DNA of 43,065 nucleotides from an uncultured Clostridia bacterium (GTDB taxonomy: Bacteria; Bacillota; Clostridia; Christensenellales; UBA1242): the NCBI GenBank assembly GCA_947623775.1, contig CANQHL010000003.1, forward strand, positions 1 through 43,065. The letters are read 5' to 3'. The position numbers and the translations under genes are program-made. Below are positions 17,489-27,025 of the stretch, one piece after another (the first letter of the stretch is position 1; every line of letters begins with the position of its first letter). The notes below the pieces were generated by a model, which searched no databases, had not been told where the DNA came from, and saw only the letters and a program-made list of their open reading frames with translations.

Positions 17489-19021
17489 TTACTGAAAATA
17501 TTTTCTATCAAGTGTCCTATATGAAATTGCCTCGGCAATGTGCTTTGCTTGAATATTCTCGCAGCCGTCGAGGTCGGCAATTGTTCTTGCAACTTTCAAA
17601 ATCCTATCATGAGCCCTTGCACTTAATTTCAATTTCTCAAATGCGTTTCTCAACAACTCCTCTCCCTGCTTGTCAAGTTTGCAAAATTTCTTGGTCTGAG
17701 CAACGTTCATTTTTGAATTGCAAAAGGTTTTTGAATTTTCAAATCTTTTATTTTGAATTTCCCTTGCCCTGTCAACTCTCTTTTTTATCTCCTGCGACAA
17801 CTCTTCTTTTGTGTCACTGTTCAACTGATCATATGTGACATTTTCAACTTCTATATGTATATCTATTCTATCCATAATCGGACCGGACAATTTTGAAATA
17901 TATTTGGCTATTTGACTTGCCGAGCACTTGCATTCCCTGTCACTTGAGCCATAATATCCGCATGGACATGGATTCATGCTTGCGATTAAAGTGAAATTTG
18001 CAGGATAAGTGATTGTTGAATTTGAACGGGCAACAGTTATAACCCCATCTTCAAGAGGTTGTCTTAATGTTTCAATTGTATGTCTTGTATATTCTGGAAA
18101 TTCATCTAAAAACAAAACTCCATTATCTGCAAGTGAAATCTCCCCCGGTTTGCTGTTTGACCCTCCGCCGGTCAAGGAAATTGTTGACGCTGTGTGATGT
18201 GGACTTCTAAATGGCCTTTTTGAAACTATTCCCTCATTTTGGTCAAGTTCTCCCGCTATTGAATGAATTTTGGTCACTTCAAGCGCCTCTTCAAAAGTCA
18301 TATCAGGCAAAATCGATGGGAAGCACTTCGCAAGCATACTTTTTCCGCTTCCAGGCGGACCTATCATTATAACATTATGCCCACCGGCTGCCGCAATTTC
18401 AAGTGCGCGTTTTGCCATCTTTTGCCCTTTTACATAGCAGAAATCAAGTCCTTGTGCCACAGCATTTTTGCTTTCTTCATATTTTCTTGTTTCAAGGGGA
18501 TTTATCTTTTCTTCCCCTTTCAAAAAGTTGACTGTTTGAATAAGGTTGCTTACGCAATAAACATTTATATTTTCAATAAAACTTGCCTCTTTTTCATTAT
18601 CCGCTGGAATAATAAAATTTTTGAACCCCATCTGGCGGGCTGATATTAAAAGTGGCAATATGCCTTTCACTCTTTTTACATTTCCATCAAAGGATAATTC
18701 ACCTACAAAAACATAGTCTTCAATATTGTTTAATGAAATCTCCTTGTCGCAGCTTAAAATTGCAATCGCTATGGCAAGGTCGTATAAGGCACCAACTTTT
18801 TTAATGTCGGCTGGGGCGAGGTTTATTGAAATTTTTTTAATAGGATATGGAAGTGCTGAATTTCTTATTGCATTTTTAACTCTTTCTTTTGCTTCTTTTA
18901 TTGCTGTGTCGGCAAGCCCAACTATTTCAAAACCGGGCAATCCGTTGCTAACGTCAACTTCCACATCAAGTGGATAGCCCTCAATTCCAACCAAACCAAA
19001 ACTTTTTACCTTTGAATACAT
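17489..19021 (-). CDS. comM: YifB/ComM Mg-chelatase-like AAA+ ATPase
   Basis: Start moved to MYSKVKS (GGGGG SD); GPPGSGKS, RPFRSPHH, LFLDE, MNPCPCG, ARTIADL. Confidence 0.92.
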   Translation of the reverse strand: MYSKVKSFGLVGIEGYPLDVEVDVSNGLPGFEIVGLADTAIKEAKERVKNAIRNSALPYPIKKISINLAPADIKKVGALYDLAIAIAILSCDKEISLNNIEDYVFVGELSFDGNVKRVKGILPLLISARQMGFKNFIIPADNEKEASFIENINVYCVSNLIQTVNFLKGEEKINPLETRKYEESKNAVAQGLDFCYVKGQKMAKRALEIAAAGGHNVIMIGPPGSGKSMLAKCFPSILPDMTFEEALEVTKIHSIAGELDQNEGIVSKRPFRSPHHTASTISLTGGGSNSKPGEISLADNGVLFLDEFPEYTRHTIETLRQPLEDGVITVARSNSTITYPANFTLIASMNPCPCGYYGSSDRECKCSASQIAKYISKLSGPIMDRIDIHIEVENVTYDQLNSDTKEELSQEIKKRVDRAREIQNKRFENSKTFCNSKMNVAQTKKFCKLDKQGEELLRNAFEKLKLSARAHDRILKVARTIADLDGCENIQAKHIAEAISYRTLDRKYFQ

Positions 19022-19123
19022 AATTCCCCCAAACCTTTTCAATATATGTTAGCATAAATTCTCGAAATTTCAAAACAATTACAAAATTTTTTCAAATAAA
19101 AACATTTATGATTTTTCGACAAC

Positions 19124-19154
19124 AAAAAAGATTGAAAGATTTTTCTTTCAATCT
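19124..19154 (-). terminator. terminator after the DegV gene
   Basis: AAGATTGAAAGA-TTTT-TCTTTCAATCTT with a T run on the minus strand. Confidence 0.7.
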
Positions 19155-19253
19155 TAAATATCTTTTTATATTTCTCTCAAATAATGGTTGCCATATTTTT
19201 CTAATATAAAATTAAAAAATTTACTCTCAATCTAATTTTATAATGTTCTCACC

Positions 19254-20114
19254 TTATTTCAAAAATCCGAACACTGCAATTGTTTTCGGTCCACAGTTGC
19301 AACCCATTGTATAATCAATATAGTCAACTGTTATTTCCTTGTTTTTCGTATTCTCTTTTAAAAATTTCGCCAATTGCTCGGCCTCTTCCTTTTGGCCTGT
19401 GTGACCTATATACATTTTGCCGGGACTTGTTAAGTCGGCATTTTCCAAAATGTAATTTTCTATTGTGCTTATTGCCTTTTTTCTTCCTATTGATTTTATA
19501 TGCAATTTCAATTCGCCTTTTTCATTTGCAGTGATCACCGGCACAATCTTCAACATTGTTCCCACGCTTGCGGCAAATTTATTTATCCTCCCCGATTTAC
19601 GTAAAAATTTCAAATCTCCAGGGGCAAAAATCGCAAAACTTTTAATACCATTTTTATCAAGTGCCTTATGAATTTCCTCTGCGGATTTTCCCTCGTCTGC
19701 CATTTGTTTTGCCGCTTCAACACTAAACGAAATTGCATAACTTCCCGTCAAACTGTCTGCAATCCAAACCCTTTTACCATATTTTTTATTTAATTCTTCT
19801 GCTACAATTTTTGCATTGTTGTTTGTGCAGCTCATTCCGCCTGATAGACCTATATAAAAAACATCAAACCCAAGTTTTAAATATTTTTCAAATGTTTCTT
19901 CAAAGGTGTAGTTGTTTATGCAACTTGTCGAACAGCTTTCGGACTCTTCGAGTATTTTATAAAATTCTTCGGGATCAGTTATGGGATAATTTAAACTGCT
20001 TCGAGTTTCACCATTTACTGTAATGTCCATCGACAAAAGTTCAATATCAAGTTCTTTAAGTCTTTCGGGAGTCAAACTGCAACAACCATCTGTGATAACC
20101 TTAACTTTATTCAT
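19254..20114 (-). CDS. DegV/FakB fatty-acid-binding family protein
   Basis: Start MNKVKVITD (AGGAG SD); STS, LSGGMS, IADS, LRKSGRI, GP. Confidence 0.9.
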   Translation of the reverse strand: MNKVKVITDGCCSLTPERLKELDIELLSMDITVNGETRSSLNYPITDPEEFYKILEESESCSTSCINNYTFEETFEKYLKLGFDVFYIGLSGGMSCTNNNAKIVAEELNKKYGKRVWIADSLTGSYAISFSVEAAKQMADEGKSAEEIHKALDKNGIKSFAIFAPGDLKFLRKSGRINKFAASVGTMLKIVPVITANEKGELKLHIKSIGRKKAISTIENYILENADLTSPGKMYIGHTGQKEEAEQLAKFLKENTKNKEITVDYIDYTMGCNCGPKTIAVFGFLK

Positions 20115-20296
20115 ATTTTCTCCTTTTTGAAGTTTGCCGCTTCGCAAATAATTTTATGTCGAAAAAAACCTACAAACAAGGGAATTGACAAAACACATTC
20201 TAAAAAAGTGATTTTAAATTCGCTTAAACGTAGAATTTGTTATGTTTTTGCCTCAATCACTTTGACTTTTTGTGTTTTTCGTGATAATATATACCT

Positions 20297-20989
20297 ATGG
20301 AAGAAAAAGAAATACTCGCAAGGAATTTAATTCGATACAGAAAAAATGCTGGGCTCAGTCAAATTGAACTTGCAAAAAAATTAAATTACAGCAATAAAAA
20401 TATAAGCAAATGGGAAAATGGGGAAACCATGCCCAATGCTTTTGTTTTGCAAAAAATAGCAAATATATATGGAATTACCATTGAAGATCTTCTTTCTGAA
20501 GCTCCTGCTCAACTAAGCGAGCCAAATCCCGAAAAAGAAATCAAAAACACAAGCAAAAGAAAATTTATTTTTCGCCTTACAATGCTCCTGCTTGCCAATG
20601 CGATTATGTACGCAATCGGAACTCTTCTTATTTACATATTAAAATTGGTGGGCATTTCAAATTTCAACTTTCTTTTGATTTATCTTTATCTCTCCCCTGC
20701 AACTTGTCTTAGCATAACAATTTATGTTCGTATTCTTTACAACATCGTTGATTTGATTTCCTTGACCTTTTTCGGCTTGCTTTTCTGTTTGTGTTTCTAC
20801 TTTTCTTTTATACATGCCCGACATATGGCATTCATATTTGTTCTGTATGGAGTCTATGAAATTGTGCAAGTCTGCATCGCACTTTTGATAAATATAAAAC
20901 TGAAAAATAATAAATTGCAAAATAATAAAAATCAAAATGAAAATGAGCAAAATAATATAGAAGAAAACACGCCAAATGAAAACATTTAA
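20297..20989 (+). CDS. XRE-family HTH regulator with C-terminal membrane domain
   Basis: LSQIELAKKL..ISKWENG..P followed by about four TM helices. Confidence 0.88.
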   Translation: MEEKEILARNLIRYRKNAGLSQIELAKKLNYSNKNISKWENGETMPNAFVLQKIANIYGITIEDLLSEAPAQLSEPNPEKEIKNTSKRKFIFRLTMLLLANAIMYAIGTLLIYILKLVGISNFNFLLIYLYLSPATCLSITIYVRILYNIVDLISLTFFGLLFCLCFYFSFIHARHMAFIFVLYGVYEIVQVCIALLINIKLKNNKLQNNKNQNENEQNNIEENTPNENI

Positions 20990-21010
20990 TTCGCCCATTT
21001 TAAGCCACCA

Positions 21011-21048
21011 AAAAAAGCATATCAAAATTTATTCGATATGCTTTTTTT
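21011..21048. terminator. bidirectional terminator
   Basis: AAAAAAGCATATC-N11-GATATGCTTTTTT between convergent genes. Confidence 0.75.
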
Positions 21049-21118
21049 ATTTTCATTTTAAACAATTATTTTCATTTAATTTTATTGCCTTTTTAAGCAA
21101 TTATATTTATTTTATTTC

Positions 21119-21200
21119 AAGCAATTTGCTTTTCTATATTTATTACATTCAAAGCAATTTGCTTTTCTATATTTATTACATTCAAAACAATTTGCTTTTT
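21119..21200. repeat. 33-bp tandem repeat, about 2.5 copies
   Basis: AAGCAATTTGCTTTTCTATATTTATTACATTCA at 21119 and 21152, partial third copy at 21185. Confidence 0.85.
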
Positions 21201-21208
21201 TATTTAAT

Positions 21209-21898
21209 TTAAATTTCCATTCCCAGCAATTTGCTTCTTATCTTTCTAATTTCAACTTTTTGCTCCGGAGTTATACGAGTTGATTCACATGCCTTTTGCA
21301 AGGTTCGATTTCTTACAATAAATCTTTCAAGTTTTTGAGTGAAATCAATCATATAATCATAGTCCAAAACAAGTGCATCGGCATAGCACCAAGCGAGTGC
21401 CGTCTCAACATAATAATTTGTGTTTTTCACATTATCATTTATCAAATTTACTGTTTCTCTAACATTTTTCTTCAGATAGAACTTCTTAAACCAAACAATG
21501 GCAAACCTTATATAAAAAGGTCTGTTGCTGCGAAGCAAATTAACAAAAAATTCCTTCTGGCTTTCCATCCTTTGAAGTCGATTAACTATTATGTCGCATG
21601 TTGCCCAATTGTCAATATATGGAAGCAACTTGCTTAATTCTTGTGCTTTCTCTTTTGGAGACATTCTGCTGTATGCAATAGTCATTCCGGCAAGCATTAT
21701 TTCCTCATGATAATCAAGTGGAAAATCATTTACCTTTGGTTTTTTCACTGCCAATTTTTTAGCAAACTTAACAAGGTCATCATTCATTAACCCCTTTATC
21801 TCATAACTCGTTGATACAAGCCCCTCATCATAAGTGGCCTTTTCCTTTGAACAATGAGTGTTTATAAATTCTTCTACTTCGTTTTTAAGTTTTATCAT
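21209..21898 (-). CDS. DNA alkylation repair protein (AlkD-like HEAT fold)
   Basis: IDNWATCD, YYVETALAW. Confidence 0.75.
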   Translation of the reverse strand: MIKLKNEVEEFINTHCSKEKATYDEGLVSTSYEIKGLMNDDLVKFAKKLAVKKPKVNDFPLDYHEEIMLAGMTIAYSRMSPKEKAQELSKLLPYIDNWATCDIIVNRLQRMESQKEFFVNLLRSNRPFYIRFAIVWFKKFYLKKNVRETVNLINDNVKNTNYYVETALAWCYADALVLDYDYMIDFTQKLERFIVRNRTLQKACESTRITPEQKVEIRKIRSKLLGMEI

Positions 21899-22004
21899 AG
21901 CATTCTCCTAGTTTCTATAATACAATAAAAATTTTCATTTGTCAACACTTGAGCGAAAATTGTCGAAATATAATCATATAAAACAAAAAAGCCCCCTAAC
22001 GGAC

Positions 22005-22355
22005 TTATTTGTTTTCTGCAGATTTGATTTTAGCGGCTTTTCCAGTAAGAGCACGAACATAATATAATTTTGCTCTTCTTGGTTTTCCTTTTCTTACAAC
22101 ATCTACACTTGCAACAAGTGGAGAGTGGCAAGGGAAAGTTCTCTCAACGCCAACACCATTTGATATTTTTCTAACAGTGAAAGTTTCTCTAACGCCTCCG
22201 TTTTTTCTGGCAATAACAACGCCCTCAAAACCTTGTATTCTTTCTTTGTCTCCTTCTTTAATTCGTACGCCTACTCTTACAGTGTCGCCAATATTAAATT
22301 CAGGGAAAGATTCTTTCATGTTTTCTTTTTCAATTTGGTCAACTAAATTTGCCAT
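22005..22355 (-). CDS. rplS: 50S ribosomal protein L19
   Basis: [38 protein letters not shown]. Confidence 0.98.
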   Translation of the reverse strand: MANLVDQIEKENMKESFPEFNIGDTVRVGVRIKEGDKERIQGFEGVVIARKNGGVRETFTVRKISNGVGVERTFPCHSPLVASVDVVRKGKPRRAKLYYVRALTGKAAKIKSAENK

Positions 22356-22392
22356 TTCTTTACTCCTTTTAATAATTTTTATTTTTTAAAGA

Positions 22393-22575
22393 TTAACCTC
22401 TTTTTCTTGCTCTCTTTCTGGCTGCTTCTCTTTTCTTTTTCTTTGCGACACTTGGTTTATCGTAAGCCTCTTTTCTTCTTATGTCACCGATTATACCATC
22501 TTTTTGGCATTTTCTTTTAAATCTTTTTAAAGCACTTTCAAGAGTTTCGTTTTCACCAACTTTAACAGTAGTCAA
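22393..22575 (-). CDS. rpsU: 30S ribosomal protein S21
   Basis: Likely TTG start ([10 protein letters not shown]); [19 protein letters not shown]. Confidence 0.96.
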   Translation of the reverse strand: MTTVKVGENETLESALKRFKRKCQKDGIIGDIRRKEAYDKPSVAKKKKREAARKRARKRG

Positions 22576-22670
22576 TCTTCTCACCACCTTCTAATTTATA
22601 ACTTTGTTTTGCAACATGAGTATATTATACACAATAATTTTATTTTGTCAAGGAATTTTACATTTTAGTT

Positions 22671-23939
22671 TTAAATTTTTATTGCTTTAACCCCCTCTTT
22701 ATAAGGGCTTTCAAGCTTTACATTGATTATCTTCCCGACCAAGTTTTCATTTGAGGAAATGTAACATCTTATGTAATTTCGTGTGTACCCGGCATACTCA
22801 CCTTGCACCAACTCTTCAACCAAAACTTCTCCCATATGATTCAATGCGATGAATTCTGATTTTAATTTTTGATTTAACTCTTCAAAAATTTCAAGTCTTT
22901 CTTGTTTTATCTCGGGATTTAAATCCTTGTAAAGTTTTGCTGCGGCTGTTCCATCTCTTTGTGAATATTTGAATATATGCAACTGGCTAAACTTCATTTC
23001 CTTTACAAACTCAAAACTCTCATTGAAATTTTCTTCACTTTCAGACGGAAACCCTACTATTACATCAGTGGTTATTCCTGCTAATGGGAAGTATTTTCTT
23101 ATAAGTTTCACTGATGAAGCAAATTCCTCTTTTGTGTAGTGTCTGTTCATTTTCTTTAAAACATCATTGCAACCGCTTTGCAAAGACAAGTGAAAGTGTG
23201 GACAAAAATTTTTAAGTTTGCTTAGTCCCTCAATAAAGTTTTCTTCAATAAGCCCCTCTTCCATCGAACTTAATCTTAACCTTTTTCCGAAACCGTCCAG
23301 TGCTTTTAAAAGCGTCAACAATCCCCTTTCGCCATCAATTTTATAATCTGTCACATCAATCCCCGTGATTACAATTTCCTTTATCGAATCATCTAAATTT
23401 TTTACTTCATCAACAATTGACTGCAAACTTCGCGACCTGCTTCTTCCTCTCAAATATGGAATGATGCAATAACTGCAAAAATTATTGCACCCATCTTGTA
23501 TTTTTATATATGCTCTTGTCCGCGATTGGCAAGCAAAAGGCTCTTCTTGATATTGCAAAGGAAGTTCCTGCAAATCCTCCACTTTTTGCGGTGAAGATTG
23601 AGTTTTCAGTGAATTTAATAAATAATCTATAATTTTTTCTTTGCCGCTTGTACCCATCACAACTTCAACATCTTTTTCAATAAATTGTTTTGCGTTGTTT
23701 TGGCTGGCACACCCGCATACAAAAATTTTTGAACTTCTGTTGAATTTTTTGCATCTTGCAATCATTTGCCTTGATTTTTTCTCCGCTTCCTGTGTCACCG
23801 CACATGTGTTTATAATATAAACATCAGCAGTTTCCAATTTGTCTGTTGTTTTAAAACCAAGCGAATTAAGTTTTGTTATGAGTGCATCACTTTCATATTT
23901 GTTCACCTTGCACCCGAGCGTCATAACCGATACTTTCAT
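22671..23939 (-). CDS. mtaB: tRNA t6A37 methylthiotransferase
   Basis: Start moved to MKVSVMTLGCKVNKYES; INTCAVT, radical-SAM CNNFCSYC, HLSLQSG; upstream of rpsU as usual. Confidence 0.92.
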   Translation of the reverse strand: MKVSVMTLGCKVNKYESDALITKLNSLGFKTTDKLETADVYIINTCAVTQEAEKKSRQMIARCKKFNRSSKIFVCGCASQNNAKQFIEKDVEVVMGTSGKEKIIDYLLNSLKTQSSPQKVEDLQELPLQYQEEPFACQSRTRAYIKIQDGCNNFCSYCIIPYLRGRSRSRSLQSIVDEVKNLDDSIKEIVITGIDVTDYKIDGERGLLTLLKALDGFGKRLRLSSMEEGLIEENFIEGLSKLKNFCPHFHLSLQSGCNDVLKKMNRHYTKEEFASSVKLIRKYFPLAGITTDVIVGFPSESEENFNESFEFVKEMKFSQLHIFKYSQRDGTAAAKLYKDLNPEIKQERLEIFEELNQKLKSEFIALNHMGEVLVEELVQGEYAGYTRNYIRCYISSNENLVGKIINVKLESPYKEGVKAIKI

Positions 23940-24085
23940 AGAGATAATTTTATCAGATTGTTTTTCAAAAATCAACCTATTTTTGTTTTTATCTTTCAAG
24001 CGAATACATTTTTACATATAAATAAATTTAAAATAAAAATGATAAATAAATATAAAATGAAATAAAAGGATAAAATATTTTTATA

Positions 24086-24114
24086 TTGACTTTATAAAAT
24101 TAATAAAGTATACT
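24086..24114 (+). promoter_or_regulatory. sigmaA promoter
   Basis: TTGACT-N17-TATACT, then AAGGAG SD. Confidence 0.8.
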
Positions 24115-24132
24115 TAAAGTAAGGAGATAACT

Positions 24133-24630
24133 ATGAAAGAAATTTATATCAATGGCAAAAAAATTAAGCCGGTTACTTTTAATATGAATATAGATAATAA
24201 AATTTTTACAATCACCGATTGCGGGCATGAAATCATTATAAACAACGAATCCTATTATAGAGGAAGCAGATCAAGTTCATATCATAATGGTGATAACATT
24301 GAAATAAAAGATTTTAAAGTTTTTATCAATCGCTATCCCGTACCGCTAGGAGATGGTATATTTAATCTTGTTGGCAACGGATATGAAAATCATATAAAAA
24401 TTGACGGCAAGGAGTTCACCGTCAAAGATTGCGGAAGAGAATATAAGGTTAATGATAAAATTATATTCAAAGACATTCCATGCAGCATTTGCGGATGGTT
24501 TGGATGTATAGAATGTGTTGACGGCATTCTGGTAATCAATGATGAACCTATATCATTTAATGGTCGAATTAGTGACTATTCTACTGATGACGACGATGAA
24601 TATTCTGAAGAAATTTGCCAAGACGAATAG
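24133..24630 (+). CDS. hypothetical beta-rich protein with internal duplication and EYSEEIC tail
   Basis: Strong promoter and SD; FTITDCGHEIIIN / FTVKDCGREYKVN repeat; no TM segment or signal peptide. Confidence 0.85.
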   Translation: MKEIYINGKKIKPVTFNMNIDNKIFTITDCGHEIIINNESYYRGSRSSSYHNGDNIEIKDFKVFINRYPVPLGDGIFNLVGNGYENHIKIDGKEFTVKDCGREYKVNDKIIFKDIPCSICGWFGCIECVDGILVINDEPISFNGRISDYSTDDDDEYSEEICQDE

Positions 24631-24645
24631 ATTGCAGGAGAAAAA

Positions 24646-26901
24646 ATGAAAAAATTTATAAACTATTTTATGGCTATCGCAATTTTCATGTGTTGTGGCA
24701 TTATTCTTTTTGCTTGCAATAAAAAAGAATACAGCATAACTGTGCAGGAATGCGAACATGGTGAAATTTTTGTTGACAATTCCGCTCGTGCGGGTGAAGA
24801 AGTATATTTTGATGCTCAACCTGAAACAGGTTACACATTGACAAAAATTACATACAATAATAGAGTTATTGAGGGTGACCACTTTACAATGCCAGAAAAA
24901 GATGTCGTTTTGCGTGCAACTTTTACAAAATCATTTGAAATTACAATCAACAACACTCAAAATGGAACTGTAACTGTTGGCAATCAAACTTATACAGGTG
25001 GTGACAAAATTTATCTGTCAATTTCACCTGCAAGTGGATATAAACTAAAACATTTAGATGCAAATGTTTCAATAAACATGGAATTTAACATTGGCGAAGA
25101 ACTGAAATACTATTTTATAATGCCTAATTTTGACGTGCAAATCACCCCCGTTTTTGAAAGAATTTATACAATATCGGTCGCACCCGATATTGCACACGGC
25201 TATATCAGTGTGCTTAATGAGGCATTTGCCGGTGATCAAGTGGAAATCATGGTTATTCCCGACGAAAACTACGCAATAAAAACCTTATCCATAAACGGAA
25301 CAAATTACTTCCCTGCAAACAACACTTTCTCTTTCACTATGCCAAACACAAACGTTTTGATTTCCGCCGAATTTGAAACGGCTCAAACAGATACTTTTTA
25401 TAATGTAAACGTTATACAAGCAAATAATGGCACAATTGCCGTCAATAAAACAACCGCAAAATTCGGAGATACAATTGTTGTCACCTTAACTCCAAGTAAT
25501 GGATTTAAAGTTAAGCATATCTTAATAAATAACACCCCGACCGTTATAGAAAACAATGTTTTCTCCTTCCTAATGCCTAACTTTGAAATCACAATTTCCG
25601 CAGTCTTTGAAAATGCAATCATTTCAGATAGTTTCAATGCCATTTCTATGGTCCATGTTGACGACAACTCATCATACGATGAAATTTACTATAAAAACAA
25701 CTTCATAAACATTGAAGAAAATAAATTTAAATGCGGATATTATGATGGAGAAAAATATTGTGTACATACGCTTAATTATCAAATTTTAAACAACCAAATT
25801 ATTTTACAAACAACAGCCCCTTTCCTAAGCGAACTTACAATAACCATTGAAAGCGGAAGATTGATTGTTGGCAATGATGATGTTTCATTAACCTATGAAC
25901 GTGTTGAAGATTTCGACATGCCTCACGGCGTTTATACATCACCTGAAACAATTTCCGATCAAACTATTCAATTTGAATATGTTTTCCAAAGCAATGGCAA
26001 TATAATCTCGATTGCAGATGTCCAAAACCATGTTTCCGGAGATGAAATTGGTAAAGCAAATATTTACGGCAACATAATGATTATTGAAAATGTAAATTAT
26101 GATATTTCAAACTACGAAGTCTATGTTGGAAAACTTTCCAAACTTCAACAATCTTATATCTGGGATTTTTACAACTTCTATTACACCGATGATTATTATC
26201 AATATTTCCATGATCCAAAAACATTCACCTACAAAAATGATTTTGATGAAACAACCTACACTTACAACAATGAAACACTCAGCGGTTATTTGCCAGAAAA
26301 AGACAAATTTATAAGAATCACAGGCAATCTTGTAACTTTTGGAGCATATATTTATGAAACACTTGAGGATTATGGCACATATGAGGGATTTCTATATCTT
26401 GAATATCTTCCAGCCACAATAGACGGAAACAATATTTCTGTACAAGTTCCAATTCCATTTAGCGAGCAAAGTTGCATAGTCACCATTAATGCCACACTCA
26501 GCCAGGACAAGCAAACGCTCACAGTGAATTTTATGGATGAAGAGATAATTTTCACACTTACTGAAAATATAGAATTTTCCAGTGGAACATATCAGCGAAC
26601 CGAAGTTTTGAGCGGCTCTGCAACCAATCTTATAACTGATGTTATTGACGAAGATGGAAATGTTACTGAAAGAGTTACTTATCAAGATGTTACAACAGAT
26701 AGCGAATATATTGGAAGATTTAAAGTGTTTGGCAACATTTGTGTTTTGCTCGGTGTTGATGAATCATTTGGCATATTCGTTGGCAAAGGACAAATTTCAA
26801 GTAATGTGGCAACATGGAGTGGAATTAATTTTTATGTTGAACGCTCAACTCAAGAATTTACAACAGACGAATTTCATTTTAATTACAATAAAATTGCATA
26901 A
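24646..26901 (+). CDS. surface lipoprotein with four InlB-B/Flg_new-like beta repeats
   Basis: Signal peptide with LFAC lipobox; four ~75-aa repeats (G.i.v...a..G..V....P..GY.l....F.MP..dV.i.a.F); acidic beta-rich C-terminal half. Confidence 0.82.
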   Translation: MKKFINYFMAIAIFMCCGIILFACNKKEYSITVQECEHGEIFVDNSARAGEEVYFDAQPETGYTLTKITYNNRVIEGDHFTMPEKDVVLRATFTKSFEITINNTQNGTVTVGNQTYTGGDKIYLSISPASGYKLKHLDANVSINMEFNIGEELKYYFIMPNFDVQITPVFERIYTISVAPDIAHGYISVLNEAFAGDQVEIMVIPDENYAIKTLSINGTNYFPANNTFSFTMPNTNVLISAEFETAQTDTFYNVNVIQANNGTIAVNKTTAKFGDTIVVTLTPSNGFKVKHILINNTPTVIENNVFSFLMPNFEITISAVFENAIISDSFNAISMVHVDDNSSYDEIYYKNNFINIEENKFKCGYYDGEKYCVHTLNYQILNNQIILQTTAPFLSELTITIESGRLIVGNDDVSLTYERVEDFDMPHGVYTSPETISDQTIQFEYVFQSNGNIISIADVQNHVSGDEIGKANIYGNIMIIENVNYDISNYEVYVGKLSKLQQSYIWDFYNFYYTDDYYQYFHDPKTFTYKNDFDETTYTYNNETLSGYLPEKDKFIRITGNLVTFGAYIYETLEDYGTYEGFLYLEYLPATIDGNNISVQVPIPFSEQSCIVTINATLSQDKQTLTVNFMDEEIIFTLTENIEFSSGTYQRTEVLSGSATNLITDVIDEDGNVTERVTYQDVTTDSEYIGRFKVFGNICVLLGVDESFGIFVGKGQISSNVATWSGINFYVERSTQEFTTDEFHFNYNKIA

Positions 26902-26967
26902 GCAAACTTTTAAAATGTTTTGCTCCCCGATTTCAACATAAAATCAAAAGTTTTATATCACGATAAA

Positions 26968-27025
26968 TAAAAAAAGAGAGGAATTTGAAACGGCTATCTT
27001 TAGCACACAAACTCCTCGCTTTTTT
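26968..27025. terminator. bidirectional terminator
   Basis: A run, GAGGAATTTG...CAAACTCCTC stem, T run; lies between convergent genes. Confidence 0.6.

Noticed and set aside
20976-21212. 78-aa ORF with repeated SNLLFYIYYIQ
   Set aside because: It is the translation of the 33-bp tandem repeat and crosses a terminator.
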